DNA of 64,000 nucleotides from Eledone cirrhosa. Taxonomy: Eukaryota. Numbering within the stretch: the stretch's first letter is position 1; every line of letters begins with the position of its first letter. The translations under genes were made by a program, and so were the position numbers. This document shows, one piece after another, positions 27,266 to 42,196 of this stretch. Under the pieces are notes generated by a model that did not search any database, was not told where the DNA came from, and saw only the letters and a program-made list of their open reading frames with translations. The DNA is taken from assembly GCA_964016885.1 (NCBI GenBank), contig OZ024757.1, forward strand, positions 40,052,001 through 40,116,000, in the 5' to 3' direction.

Positions 27266-27868
27266 GGACGCACTTATATATATATATATATAAATATATA
27301 CACACACACATATTTGCACATATGCACACATACACACATATGCACACATACCTGCATACATATATATATATGTATTTTTTCAATTCGTGAGAAGATTCGT
27401 TGCCCAGATGTTATCAGCTGAAATTCTTACCTAGTAACTTTACTGCATTTTTCAAAATGAAAGACTAATTCGTACCTACTCCATTGTCAGTTTGCTGTAT
27501 TTAAGAACATCTTTCATTAAACAATTCTTCTCTCAACTAAATTTCCACCAGAATCTTAAGTCTTTCTTAGAATATGAATGAAATTCTGGCATTGAGAATG
27601 CTGTAAGTCTTAGCTGAAACTTTCAGTTTTGTAGACAACTTTTTCACAGCAAAGAATGAGTTGAGTATTAATTCACAAACAGTGGTGATAGGTATATTTA
27701 AAATGTCTATAAAATGGCTACCTAGGAGTCACTATCAACTAAGTAATGAAGCCACGTTGTTTGGGGGTTAGAGGAATAGGTTTGCAATGTTGAGTTTGAA
27801 ATTTCGATTCAGGTACCGGGACATTCGCTATGTCCTTGAGCAAAACACTTTATTTCACGTTGCGCTTT

Positions 27869-27931
<63 letters not shown>

Positions 27932-27944
27932 CATATATACACCC

Positions 27945-28085
27945 AGCAAAAGTCCGACGAGCTTTTGATTCCAAAGTCAGGCGAGATCGATACAGATCGA
28001 ACCGTGAGCTGAGCAATAGCGAAGCGTGCGTCACTAACCAATGAGCGTAATGAAAGCTTAACAAATCGTCATTGTATTATTATTA
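27945..28085 (+). mobile_element. Family C repeat with decayed long-stem-II hammerhead
   Basis: agt-CCGACGA-gcttttgatt...gagcaatagc-GAAG-cgtgcg-TC-act: two core substitutions, stems still recognisable; follows a (TA)n tract. Confidence 0.65.
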
Positions 28086-28762
28086 TATATCTCGCCGAGG
28101 TTAACTTTGCCTTTCATCCTTACGGGGTCAATAACATAAAGTTCCAGTAATACACTGGGTTAATTCCTGGCCCTGTGCCAAAAGTAGAATCAATTATATA
28201 TATATATGTGTGTGTATATATATTAATTATATAGAGCCAGGCTATTAGATATGTGTGTGTGTGTGACTGAGCGTGTGTGCGAGTGCGTGACTGTGTCAAT
28301 ATATTTAAAGAAACCTCGGCGTTGGCTCTTGGAGAGACGAACAATGTATGATATGTGCCACGATCATACTAGAATGCTAAAGAAAATTAAAAAAATATTA
28401 TATTGATTTTTTTATAGGATTTACAAGTAAAACAATTGTTGAACAATGAACGCAAATGCTATACTGTATCAGCTCAATCGAAACACATCGAAACAGTAAG
28501 ATTTACCTCGTTCACACAACCACCATCTTTCTTATACTCAATGACACGTAAGCTCAGACACACGTAACGTCACACTGTTCTTCTAAGATAATACACTTAT
28601 GTCGTCTGCTTCAGTCAATTGTATAACATTATCTATTTTCTTCGCGACATGTTCGTCATCTACTGAATGTCTTTCGAATAAATAAATAGATAGATAAATA
28701 AATAAGAGTCGTAATAACAGGCGGGTACATGTGATAGGTGTGAATACCTATGTGTTTGACAG

Positions 28763-28817
<55 letters not shown>

Positions 28818-29597
28818 CGCACACACATATATATATATCCCGTCTGTCTTCATGTTTGACACACACATACATATGTATAATATATATATGTGTGTGTGTA
28901 AACATAAAGTGACAGGGTTGAGTATATTCATGGGTGTGTGTGAAACTCTTTCTCTCTCTCTTTGAGAGAGAGATAGAGAAAGAGAGATATGATTATATAA
29001 AGCGAAAGTATGCGTTACGCATTCATGTCAAAATTTATTTTTGTCTAGGCACCTGGAGAAACAAAAATGTTTGGTTGAAAAAAGAAGCTAAGAAGAGAAA
29101 TATGCAAGGTTGAAAAATACAAATTAAAATAAAGAATACCAACCACACCCCCAAAAGCAACACACCTCCAAAAGCAACACACACACACACACACACACAA
29201 ATAAATTGGGAGACTAGACAACAATATACCAGGTAAATATATGGTGTCTAGAATGAAAACCGTAACAATACAGATAAAGTGGAAGATATGGAAATTTATT
29301 GTTGATCTCGGAGTAAATATATTGATATGATTACACATGGAGCCCCAGTATGGACTTAGTTTAAGGAACGTAAACAAGAAAATAATAAAATAAACCTTTA
29401 CCCTAACCCAGAAACAGTCAGCCGTTCTGGTTATATGCCAACACAAGAGCAAAAATGACGAGGTTATTCTACTCACATGGCATAAGAGGATGTTTGCATA
29501 ATTGCAAAGGAATAGAATATTATTATTATTATTCGAAACACTCAGATTAAGCCGTACTTTTCTAAATATAAAAAAAAATGCTTCCCTTCCTCTTCTC

Positions 29598-29640
29598 ATA
29601 TTTCCTGATGAAAGACAATGGTCAGAAACGTAATAAATCT
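29598..29640 (+). ncRNA. Hammerhead-like motif, weak stem I
   Basis: CTGATGA-aa gac aatg gtc a-GAAA-cg-TA, overlapping AATAAA. Confidence 0.45.
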
Positions 29641-29765
29641 TTTCCTACTGTATCAAGCTTTAAACCAACATATATGTTGTTTGTTTTTGTTTTCGTTTAA
29701 ATTATGCCTATATATAAATATATATATACATATACAACAAAGCACAAAAATACACGCAAGCGTAA

Positions 29766-29800
<35 letters not shown>

Positions 29801-30071
29801 ACAAAGTATAAATACACACAGGCGTGTATATATATATATATATATATATATATTTCCAAAGGTCTATACACAATACACAGTTCATCATTTAAATATATCA
29901 GGTGGCAGTAAGCCATTCAAATCTACGCTAGTGTATATGGAATCTTTTCAAAATCCGTGTTTCATTCATAATATATTCGATAATATTAAGATTTTCTCTG
30001 GAGAAAAACTGAGAATAGATTTCTACATCAATGTATCTATCAATCTATCTATCTATCTATCTATCAATCTA

Positions 30072-30103
<32 letters not shown>

Positions 30104-30506
30104 TGTATGTGTGTGTATGTGTGTGTTTTATTCATTTTCTTTTCGTTTATCCCTTAAGTTGATGTCTCTCAATTGTGTGATTAGTATTGCTATTAATTTT
30201 AATATCATTATAACTATTTTTGTTAGTTTTCTTCTTATCTTAACTCTTAAAATCATCATTATTACTATTATCAATGCTGGTTATATTTTTATGAATAATT
30301 TTATTATTAATGTTATTATTATTAATACCATTTATATTATATTATATTATTATTATTATTATTACTATATATATTGATCAAATAGAAAATTAAATATATT
30401 TTATTATGGAAAGCCATCTTCCATTAGATATTGTTTCTAGTATCTCCTACACGCACAGACATATGTACAAACGCACACACAACCAAGCAGAGATGCACAC
30501 ACTTAT

Positions 30507-30539
<33 letters not shown>

Positions 30540-31010
30540 CACACACATATATATATATGTGTATGTGCATATATAAAACCAATTTCTAAACGTATCTCAG
30601 GAATATTTCTAACTTGTCACCTTGAGAATATGTGCAATGCAGGCTGTAAACAATTTCTATGCACATGCATCACGTATGCACTTAACGAATTATATATATG
30701 CATGAACATAAATAAATAATATATATATATACACACCATTATATATATATACACACAAACCATTATATATATATATATACACACACCATTATATATATAT
30801 ACACACACAAACCATTATATATATATTATATACACACACACCATTATATATATATTATATACACACACCATTATATATATAATATATATACACACCATTA
30901 TATATATATAATATACACACCATTATATATATAAACAAATATTTATATACATATATAAACAAACATATATATATATATATATGTTTGTTTATATATATAT
31001 ATATATATTT

Positions 31011-31047
<37 letters not shown>

Positions 31048-31070
31048 GGCAAACATACATATATATAATC

Positions 31071-31104
<34 letters not shown>

Positions 31105-31395
31105 AATACTAATGTGTAGAGTGAGAGAGGATATATATGCAATACGTATGTATGTATGAATCACTCTAATTCTATGTGTATGTCAATGGCGGCGAGTGTA
31201 CGTGTGTGCATGTGTGTGTGTGTGGTTATATGTTTATGTATGTGTGTGTTTCACAATGCAATTTAGCTGACAACATTCTCCCCCACCCCTCCACCAAGTG
31301 TTATGCAATGTTCATAACATCAGAACCGTACTTTCATGTCAATTCAATTTAAATAATCTCTCTTTGTGTAAAGCCACACTCAAATATATATACAT

Positions 31396-31426
<31 letters not shown>

Positions 31427-31458
31427 TATATATACATTATATATATATATATACATTA

Positions 31459-31489
<31 letters not shown>

Positions 31490-31553
31490 TATATATACAT
31501 TATATATATATATATACATTATATATATATATATATATACATTATATATATAT

Positions 31554-31703
<150 letters not shown>

Positions 31704-32306
31704 AATAGGCATATTTTAAAAACAATATTAAAATTGTTTCATTTTATACACGAATACATTATATATATCAACATATAATCAACTCACTCTCCACCCAACC
31801 ACCACACTGTGTGTGTGTGTGTGTGTGTGTATACCTATATAAATATATATATATATACATATGTGTGTGTACGTGAGTGTGTGTGTGAGTGTGTGTGTGA
31901 GTGTGTGAGTGTGTGTGTGTGTGTGGTGAGAGGAGATATGTTTCTAAATCTAATCTTTTATTGTCATTAATGTGCTTTATCATACTTAAATCTCTAATTT
32001 ATCCACATTCATTTCGCCTATTTAAATCTCTCTCTATCTCTCTGTATGTATGTGTGTATGTATGGATGTGTGTGTGTGTATGTATGTATGCATGCATGTG
32101 TGTAACATGTGTACAGGAATATATATATGCATGCATACACACGCAATAAACACACAACCAGTGAATTTACGAAGAAACTGGGCAAAGCTTTCGAAAATGT
32201 GAAATTTAACAGCCGTTCAACACATATTTCCAACTCTCTAATCCTGAAAGGGCAGTAACTAATGGACAAAGGAGAAGACGCTAGACTTATACATATATAT
32301 ATATAT

Positions 32307-32363
32307 GGGAAAAGGTTCAGGACCCCGTCCGCAGAGCTCGAGCCGCTTCGACGGCTATTTCTG
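32307..32363 (-). mobile_element. Family B terminus abutting (TA)n
   Basis: gggaaaaggttcaggaccccgtccgcagagctcgagccgcttcgacggctatttctg is similar to the left arm at 57242-57300. Confidence 0.75.
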
Positions 32364-32464
32364 TACACAGATGGAATCGTAAGTAAAAGCTTATAGCACT
32401 ATTTCATACTCTCCAGGTATGAAATAGCGCTATAAGGTTTTACTTATGATTCCATCTGCGTACA
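32362..32464. mobile_element. Fold-back (48-bp arms, 7-nt loop) containing a hammerhead 3' half
   Basis: 32362-32409 pairs with 32417-32464; the right arm has GAAA-tagcgcta-TA (palindromic stem III), and the CUGANGA half is missing. Confidence 0.8.
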
Positions 32465-33036
32465 TATTCTTCTATTGAATATGCTTTTGTTATATATACC
32501 AATCAGAGACACAATATTCAGCTTAATCCAACACTATCATCATCATCATCACCACTACTTTCAGTCCAACCCATCACTAGCGCCATTTTTAACTGTAAGC
32601 AAATATTATGACCACCACCACCAACGACACCACTGCCAATCATAGACACCATATTTTGCCCTGTCCAACAGTATCTTCATATTCAACACCACCACCTTTT
32701 CGTCTCAGCTCATCCCAACTGCATAGTCTTCACCACCATACCATTGTCAACGTCATCAGGCCTACTCCCCTCCCAACAACAATTGCTCACAGACCATATA
32801 AACAGAAACATCAACATTCCCGAATAGCCTTCTCTTTCTGCCACTACTCTGACACACAAACTCCCTACATATAAGTCATGTATGTATATATATATATACA
32901 CATATATATAATCATATATATATATATATATATATATGATTATATATATATATAATTATATATATATATATGATTATATATATATATATATATAATTATA
33001 TATATATATATATATAATTATATATATATATATATA

Positions 33037-33094
<58 letters not shown>

Positions 33095-33324
33095 TATATA
33101 TATATATATATATATATAATTATATATATATATATATAATTATATATATATATATATATATATATAATTATATATATATATATAATGATATATATATATA
33201 TAATTATATATATATGTATATATATATATATATCATCGTCCTTTGAAGTTGACATAGCTGACACCTTAAATGGGAAATCAATTAGAGAGAATAACGTATT
33301 CTAACGTAAACATTGATATATCTA

Positions 33325-33361
<37 letters not shown>

Positions 33362-33419
33362 GCACTTATATACAGAGAGAGAGGGAGGGAGAGAGAGATT
33401 GTTAGAGACAAAGAAAAAA

Positions 33420-33457
<38 letters not shown>

Positions 33458-33639
33458 ATACCGAGAGAGAGAGAAAGAAAGAGACAGAAACAGAAAGAAT
33501 GCGGTAGAGTTATTGAGAAACAAACAGAGAGTGAGAGAGAGTATGTGAGAGAGAAACAAAGCCAGAGAGAGAGAGAGACTATGTGAGAGAGAAACAAAGC
33601 CAGAGAGAGAGATAGACTATGTGAGAGAGAAACAAAGCC

Positions 33640-33679
<40 letters not shown>

Positions 33680-34460
33680 CAGGATGATATATGGAAGGCC
33701 AAACATTGTATCATTAAGAGAGAGCACGAGAGGCAGACTAGGCGGCAACATTTGTATAACTAAAAACCAATCTAATTTACGATGTTTTGACTTCATCTTC
33801 AAAGGCAAAGAGCGTCTCATCTACATATCATTTATCAGTAGTATGGCTCAATAATTTTACATTTCATTCGTGTATTTAGTGTAATTTTCAGTGGGGCCTT
33901 TCAATTCAAATTTCCCCATCAACGAGTTGTCATTTATCCTACAAATATCGTTGGAACAAATGAGGGTGAATTATTAATGTAGGGTCGTGACTGTTTGGTA
34001 TTTAAGCAAGATCCCTCACAATATTTATAAAGCTAGGTCCTTTACTTTCGGAGTTCAAATCCCTCCGTTGTTAGCTTTAACTTTCATCGTTAAGGAGTCG
34101 ATAGAATAAAGTAGCAGTAAGTACCTCTGTAGACTGTGTACGTTTATGTATTGTGTGTGTGTATTGTGTGTGTGTATGTGTGTGTATGTGTGAATGATGC
34201 TGCTATTCTTGGCTCTAAGGATCACCACCCTAGTCACAACCATATCAATACTGAGAGATGGGGTGAGCGAGAGATACGAGGGCAGTGACAATACCAGCAT
34301 TGCTGAAGAAACTAATCCTTTATAGGTCGTCTGACCCCTAAATTTGATGCTGATGTTTACTTCAACATGTAAATTGAATTTCTATGATGGTCACATGTAA
34401 ATTATCTGTGAGAGATGGGCAGAGCGAGAGTGACGGAGATGGTGTCTATACCAGCATTCT

Positions 34461-34514
<54 letters not shown>

Positions 34515-34549
34515 TAAAGAGAGAGAGAGAGGAAATGAGAGAGATATAG

Positions 34550-34700
34550 AGGAAGTATCGACCCCAGTACTAGACCGGTATGTTTTTTATCGACCTCGAA
34601 AGAATGAAAAGCTAAGTTGACCTCGGCGGGATTTGAACTGAGAGCAGTGAGCTGGCAAGATTAACAAATCACTATCCAACGTTCTAACGACAGTCAATTC
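34550..34700 (-). mobile_element. SINE family 1 related copy
   Basis: tcgaccccagtactagaccggta...tatcgacctcgaaagaatgaaaagctaagttgacctcggcgggatttgaact. Confidence 0.75.
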
Positions 34701-35339
34701 ACAGTCTGTGTGCTCAATATAATTGACCTAGATATAGGAATTGTAACTAAACACCATAATTCCACGTGATATATGTATATAAAATGTGCGTAATTTCAGC
34801 ATTGGAGAATTGCCACGAAATTTGCGGGATAAGGGGTGCTTTACATAATATCAATCTATGTAATAAACAACCATCCTGACATGAATTTCTTTAATCGAAC
34901 CTGGAATAATAAGTGGCAAATTCCACAACGTCCAATTTACATTCTAAAACGAATCGGAAAAAGCTTTGTAACTATAGACCAGAGAAATCAAGTACAAGAC
35001 TTTCTCTCAAGATTTTATATTCCTCCATCAACGATCAAGAAATTTATGTTGATTATATATATTATCAGAGATTCCAGCAAGCATGACATGTTATAAAGGT
35101 GATAAAAGATACCTGTGTATCATGTTGCATAATACCTAATTGCTGGCAAAATGTCAATCAGAGGTGATGTGTATGTAACAACAGAATTGAAATAAGATGG
35201 TTAAATTCTACCGTGGGTTGGGCGAGCAGGGACAATGTTGATGGTTTCTGCCATGTCAAAATTAAGAAGAGCTCTCTCCCCGCAACCAAATACCGGATGA
35301 TTGCGTTGCGTAGGAAGGTCGGTCCCACCTCTCTCTCTC

Positions 35340-35386
<47 letters not shown>

Positions 35387-35476
35387 CATACACACACACA
35401 CATTTATATAGATAGAGAAAGCGGATAAGAGTGTCTGCGAAAATCACATGGCGCCGTGTTCGGAATTTTACATCCT

Positions 35477-35508
<32 letters not shown>

Positions 35509-35749
35509 GAGTTAAATATTTAATGGAAATTCATGGAACCAATCGTAAAAAAATGTATTGAATGCCTGCAAACTCTCTGATTTTCCTTTCAACATTATAT
35601 ACGTATATACACACATATACATATTTATATATATGTACATACATTTATATATACACACAGACACACATATATATGCATATAAACAAATATATACAAACAC
35701 ACAAACACCAGCATCAGAGAGGGAGAGAGAGAGATATACTGCTATCTCC

Positions 35750-35799
<50 letters not shown>

Positions 35800-36134
35800 C
35801 GTATGTCTGAATATAACACACATGTATATACGTAATATATCACGTTGATATAAGTCAGGCTTATGTTTTATCAATTCCCATGCTCTTGGTAATTATACAG
35901 AGTTTATAAAACACCAACGTTATCTCAATATTTTGATACGTGACCTAATACAGAGACGTTCAGTTAAATAGACTAGAAGATTAAAACAGATTATATAATT
36001 CTCGGAAAGGCGGTACATTCTGTTGCTTGAAATTATACAACTGGTTAGACAAGAGATAACTGCATGATAGATATTACATTAATATCACAACATAATTATT
36101 AGTTCCAAATCCTAACAGATACCTCAGAACTTTC

Positions 36135-36660
36135 ATTAGTATCGTTAGGGGGTCGGACGCCATGCTTTGACGCATAGTGTTACGGCCCTTGCCATTCTGA
36201 GTTCAAATCCCGCCGAGGTTAACTTTGCCTTTCATCCTTACGGCGTCGATAACAAAGTACCAGTAACACACTGGGGTAGATATAATTGATGCAGTTGTTG
36301 ATTGTAGTGGGAGATGAAGATAGTGTTATTTAACCACAAATTTACGTACTGAGTTCAAAAACCCACCGAGGCTAACTTTGCCTTTCACCGATGAAAAAAA
36401 ATCACCAGTAATACACTGGGATACTTGCTGGCCTTGTTTCAATCATTATTATTAAATAAACAAATAAATAAAGAAGCAAAGGTATAATAATGATAATGAT
36501 ATCTGATTTAAGCACAAGGCCAATATTTTAGAGGAGGGAAAATTCGATTAAATCGACCCTAGAGCATTACTTGTACTTTATTTTATCGACCCCGTAAGGA
36601 TGAAAGGCAAAGTTAACCTCGGTGAGATTTGAACTCAGAACGTAAAGGGCCGTAACTGTT
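36135..36660. mobile_element. SINE family 1 dimer (+, 36135-36450) followed by an inverted copy (-, 36500-36660)
   Basis: Core gccgaggttaactttgcctttcatccttacgg on the plus strand and its reverse complement at ~36590-36625. Confidence 0.85.
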
Positions 36661-36759
36661 TGTCAGCTCGCGACTGCATGGGCACCTAAATCACATACAG
36701 AAGGCGTGGTATACATAGTACAAAACTATCGTATATTCCATTGACACTGTCTAGAATCT

Positions 36760-37100
36760 GTCTCGAGCCCTGTAGACCCAGCAGAAGTGGGCTTATCCCG
36801 GTTTTCGTGACATTAAGCCACTGAGAGTACAACACACCCCCACCGGAAAGGACGCCAATCCATTGTACTCTTAAAGTCTGTCTCGAGCCCGGAGCTTTAT
36901 AAGGCTGATGATTATTCACGCTTCAGTGATATTAAGCGTCTGAGAATACAATGCTTCTCCTAGCACAAGACGCTAGTCCACTGCAGGGTTAAACTCCCCA
37001 GGTATTTCTGATGGTACTAATTTTCAGCTAAATAAACTGAAGCAACGAGAAATGAATTTTTTTTCCTCGAGAACGCGATACATAACGGAGCTCAGTACAT
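36760..37100 (-). mobile_element. SINE family 2 copies (partial tandem)
   Basis: tctgtctcgagccc...gtga(c/t)attaagc...ctgaga occurs twice, followed by ctgaagcaacgagaaatgaa; similar blocks at ~47810-47950 and ~58050-58250. Confidence 0.6.
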
Positions 37101-37390
37101 GAATCGATCCAAAGACGTTATCATAGTAAATTCAACAAATTTACTGATAGGCCTCTTACGTTTACAATTGCGACAGACAGCTGTAGAAATAGCAAATATA
37201 TATATATATAGCAATTGCTATATATAATGTATTGTTGAGTGAGTTTTTCTTCTTCTGAAAGCGGTATTGCTCTGAGCTATGTGCAGTACATTAATTTTTA
37301 ATGGAATTTTTCTCAAGTTTGAAAATCCTTATCTATATATTGAGAGGGGAATTTTAATATTGTGTGAAACACACACACACACACACACAC

Positions 37391-37450
<60 letters not shown>

Positions 37451-38207
37451 CACCTACTTACAGTTGCTTTTCTGTACTGACTTATTAGTCACTTTACACA
37501 TACTCACATTCGATAGATATACAAAAATACATATATACATATACACACACATATATATATATATACATATATACACACATATATACACATATATATATAC
37601 ATATATACACACATATATACACACATATATATATACATATATACACACATATATACACACATATATATATACATATATACACACATATATATATACATAT
37701 ATACACACATATATACACACATATATATATACATATATACACACATATATATATACATATATACACACATATATACACACACATATATATACATTTATAC
37801 ACATATACATATACACACACACACATATATACATATACACACATATATACATATATATATATTCATATATATATATATATACACATACACGCATATACAC
37901 ACATACAGATATACATATATGTATATTCACATGTATGAATATATATCAATATACACATACACACGCATATATATATAGGTACATGTGTGTATGTATGTGT
38001 GTGTGTTTTGTGTAATTTTCTTATGTACATATATGAACTTTTGTTCAGGTTACATTCATATGACATAAACTATATCATGTTCAATCTTAATAAAAAAAAG
38101 TATAATTTCCGGTATTCTGTAATTGGTTTTCAAACAGAAACTCCAGGTTTATTGTAAAGATATTTTAGATAAAGCGACATCTTTTTGAAGGAGTATGATA
38201 TATTATA

Positions 38208-39260
38208 CCGAGTCATAGTTTGTGGTGGTTCTATATACGAGTAGTTGTCTGTAGCTATGTTACTGAATCATAGTTTGTGGTGGTTCTATATACGAGTAGT
38301 TGTCTGTAGCTATGTTACTGAATCATAGTTTGTGGTGGTTCTATATACGAGTAGTTGTCTGTAGCTATGTTACTGAATCATAGTTTGTGGTGGTTCTATA
38401 TACGAGTAGTTGTCTGTAGCTATGTTACTGAATTATAGTTTGTGGTGGTTCTATATACGAGTAGTTGTCTGTAGCTATGTTACTGAATCATAGTTTGTGG
38501 TGGTTCTATATACGAGTAGTTGTCTGTAGCTATGTTACTGAATCATAGTTTGTGGTGGTTCTATATACGAGTAGTTGTCTGTAGCTATGTTACTGAATCA
38601 TAGTTTGTGGTGGTTCTATATACGAGTAGTTGTCTGTAGCTATGTTACTGAATCATAGTTTGTGGTGGTTCTATATACGAGTAGTTGTCTGTAGCTATGT
38701 TACTGAATTATGAAGCAATTTGTGTTGGAGCTATACACGAGTAGTTCTGTGTAGCTATGTTACTGAATCATAGTTTGTGGCGGAGCTATATATCAGTAGT
38801 TCTATGTAGCCATGTTACTGAATCATAGTTTGTGGTGGTTCTATATACGAGTTGTCTGTAGCTATGATATTAAGCCGTAGTTTGGGGTGATTCTTTTTAC
38901 GAGCAGTTGTGTGTAGCTATGAAGGTGAATCATAGTTTGTGGTGGTTCTTTATACGAGTACTTGCGTTGTAGCTATTAAACTGAGCAATAGTTTGTGTTG
39001 ATTCTATACACAAGTAGTTGTGTGTATGTATGTTACCGAGTCACAGTGGTTGGTGTTTTTATATACGAGAACTTGTGAATAGTGAGTTTACCAAATTATA
39101 GATTGTGGTGGTTCTATAAACGATGATTTGTGTGTAGCAATATTACTAAAATATAGTTTGTGGTGGTCCTATATACGAATACTTAGGTATATGTATATTA
39201 CTGAGTCACAGTTTGATGGTGTATAAATGACTAAAATGGATTTATATACAAGAGTGGTAG
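38208..39260. repeat. 55-bp minisatellite, ~18-19 units
   Basis: Unit gaatcatagtttgtggtggttctatatacgagtagttgtctgtagctatgttact; the first ~9 units are near-identical and later ones progressively diverged. Confidence 0.95.
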
Positions 39261-40509
39261 TTCTTGAATATGTGAGAGTGCATAAATCTGTGGAGGTGTG
39301 CCTGTATACGGGATATGTGTGCGCGTGTGAAAATGCGAATGGGTGTTTATGTGTGTGCGTATGTGTACTTGAATCGTTAAGTTATGTGTGTGTACGCTTT
39401 ACAGTATAAATGAATGCATGTGTGTGCGTGTGTGTGTGTGTGTGTCCATGCATGAGTGAATGCGTGTGTGCGTTGAAGTATGTGCCTTTGCGCTAAGGCA
39501 CATGTGTACATGCGTTAGGTTGTGTGCGTATATTAGTTAAAGTATGTCCATGCATTTATACTTGAGTGTATGAGTGAATGAATGTGTGTGTGTATGTATG
39601 CATGAAGGTGTGTATGCGTTTTTGTGTGCATGAGTGCGAACTATTTAGTGTATGAGAAGAAGGTTCAGGAGAGAAATAGCTAAAGGAATTTAATGATTAT
39701 AAAAACCCTCTGTATTTTAAACTCGGATTTATATAAATATATATTTATTTCATGTTTCAAGGTGGAAACGAACTCTCGCCTTTCATACTGTTTGATATTC
39801 TTACACAAGGTTAATAAAGACTCCATCTTCATATACATCTTCATCAACTCTTTCTGTTCCACTGAAATGAAACTAGCGTTGCTTATTCAATACTTAAGGA
39901 AATATTATCCTGCTCTCCGACACAAGTCACATAAATAAGATCCTAACTTCATAAGGAAAATTAATGAACCGCTCCACATAACATATTGTATTTAAAGATT
40001 CGCCTACTTACTATTCCTGCTTTAAACTCTGATAACTTTTCGCTATGTTGGATCATACATAGAGTTACTGGTGCCACTGGTTTATGTATCTGTATATGTG
40101 TGTGTGTAATATATATATATGTAATATATACATGTAATATATATATATATGTATATAATACATATATATAATATATATGTATGTATTATATATATAATAT
40201 ATATGTATGTATTATATATATATGTGTATATAATACATATATATATATATGTATATAATACATATATATAATATATATGTATGTATTATATATATATATA
40301 AATAAATACATAATATATATATATATATAATACATATATATATAATATGTATTATATATATATATAAATACATAATATATATAATACATATATATATAAT
40401 ATGTATTATATATATATATATATATAAATACATATATATGTATTATATATATAAATATATAGTGTATAATACATATATTGGTAACACACAATACACACAC
40501 ATATATATT

Positions 40510-40547
<38 letters not shown>

Positions 40548-41619
40548 GTATGTATATATATATATATATATGTATAGTTGTAGCTGCTTCTTTGGACCTT
40601 GGGATAAAAATATATCATTCATCATTCTCTAAATTAGTGGATGATGTGTTGTAGCGGTTAACTTTGCTTTGATGTAAGTTATTGACCCGTGTTCGATTCC
40701 CAGTTGAAATTACATTCATTTATCTTCGCTGAGTCACTTCAAACTTGTGATTCTTCGTCTATTAACATGATTTCTATTTAATACATTAACGGTTAGCTGT
40801 TCCCCTTCATTAATTTAATATCAAACCATAATTATCTTCTAGCTTTACATATTCCGTTCGTTTCTCTTCACGTAAAAGATGAGCCGATCTGAGAAGCTAG
40901 AATTTCTACATGGTTGTTGAATATGTTAGAAATACCAGTCATATCTCTTATATCATATACATCATACATACGATCTCCCTACATATGAAAATGAAGGGTA
41001 GTGTTAATAATGTTATGGCATATATTCTTCTGACCTTTGTCACCCCTGACTCCTAGCCCAGAACTCCTCGTGTAAGAGAGGTGTAGAGGTGCTGTAATGA
41101 AATGCCTTATCTTGAAGGGATATTGTGTTGATTTTTTAATAACCTGGCGTAGCTCTTCTCTCCTCTTCAGGTCCATAAACAGCTGATTCCTGAGAGACAG
41201 AGGAAGGAAGAGTAGGACCGAAAGACTATGTGTGAACGAGAACGAAAAGAGAAAGAGAGAGATATGCGAAAGAGAATGAAGGAGAAGGAGTGAGAGGGTG
41301 AGAGAAAGAATTTGTGTGAAAGAAAAAAACACAGATGGTGAGCGAAAGAGATTATGTGTAAAAGAAAGAGACAGAGAGAGTGAACGAAAGAGATTGTGTG
41401 TAAAAGAGAGAGGGAGACAGTGAAAATGAAAGAGATTATATGTGAAAGAATATATATATAAACTATAGTAATCTTCTTAAAAGGCACCATGAACAAGGTG
41501 GATAAAAGGTTCCCCAAAAAGTAACACAAAGATTTTAATTACATTGAGTGAAATTGTTCACCAGATTTTAGGATTTTCAGTTGCACTTCTTTTTTAATTC
41601 ACCTCCCAACAACACACAC

Positions 41620-41712
<93 letters not shown>

Positions 41713-41751
41713 GAGCGAGCAAGAGAAAGAGAGAGAGAGAAAGAAAGAGAG

Positions 41752-41786
<35 letters not shown>

Positions 41787-41795
41787 AAGAAAGAG

Positions 41796-41850
<55 letters not shown>

Positions 41851-41900
41851 GAGAGAAAGAGAGAAAGAGAGAGAGAGAGAGAAAGAAAGAGAAAGAAAGA

Positions 41901-41940
<40 letters not shown>
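41620..41940. repeat. Compound (TA)n(GA)n(GAAA)n microsatellite
   Basis: Directly visible. Confidence 0.9.
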
Positions 41941-41942
<2 letters not shown>

Positions 41943-42164
41943 CACGCAGCTATGCTATGTCACCAACAGTAATATCTCGATCGATAATATATTAAGTGAA
42001 AATACGGAATGTGTAAATATAAGAAAAACCTCGAACTCTTTAAATGTCTATTAGAATAAAAGCTTAAGTTTCTAAGACAAACAAATACACCCTTATATCT
42101 GAGAGAGAGAGAGAGAGAGAGAGAGTGAGAGAGAGAGATAGAGAGAGTGAGAGAGAGAGATAGA

Positions 42165-42196
<32 letters not shown>

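Noticed and set aside
35285-35330. cggatga-ttgcg ttg cgtag-gaag-gtc hammerhead-like string
   Set aside because: Needs at least two core substitutions, and there is no second copy in the window to support it.
38208-39260. CRISPR-like appearance of a regular array
   Set aside because: Units are contiguous with no unique spacers, no cas genes, eukaryotic context.
40635-40710. tRNA-like A/B boxes (tgtagcggttaa...gttcgattccc)
   Set aside because: No intact cloverleaf; probably a decayed SINE head rather than a tRNA gene.
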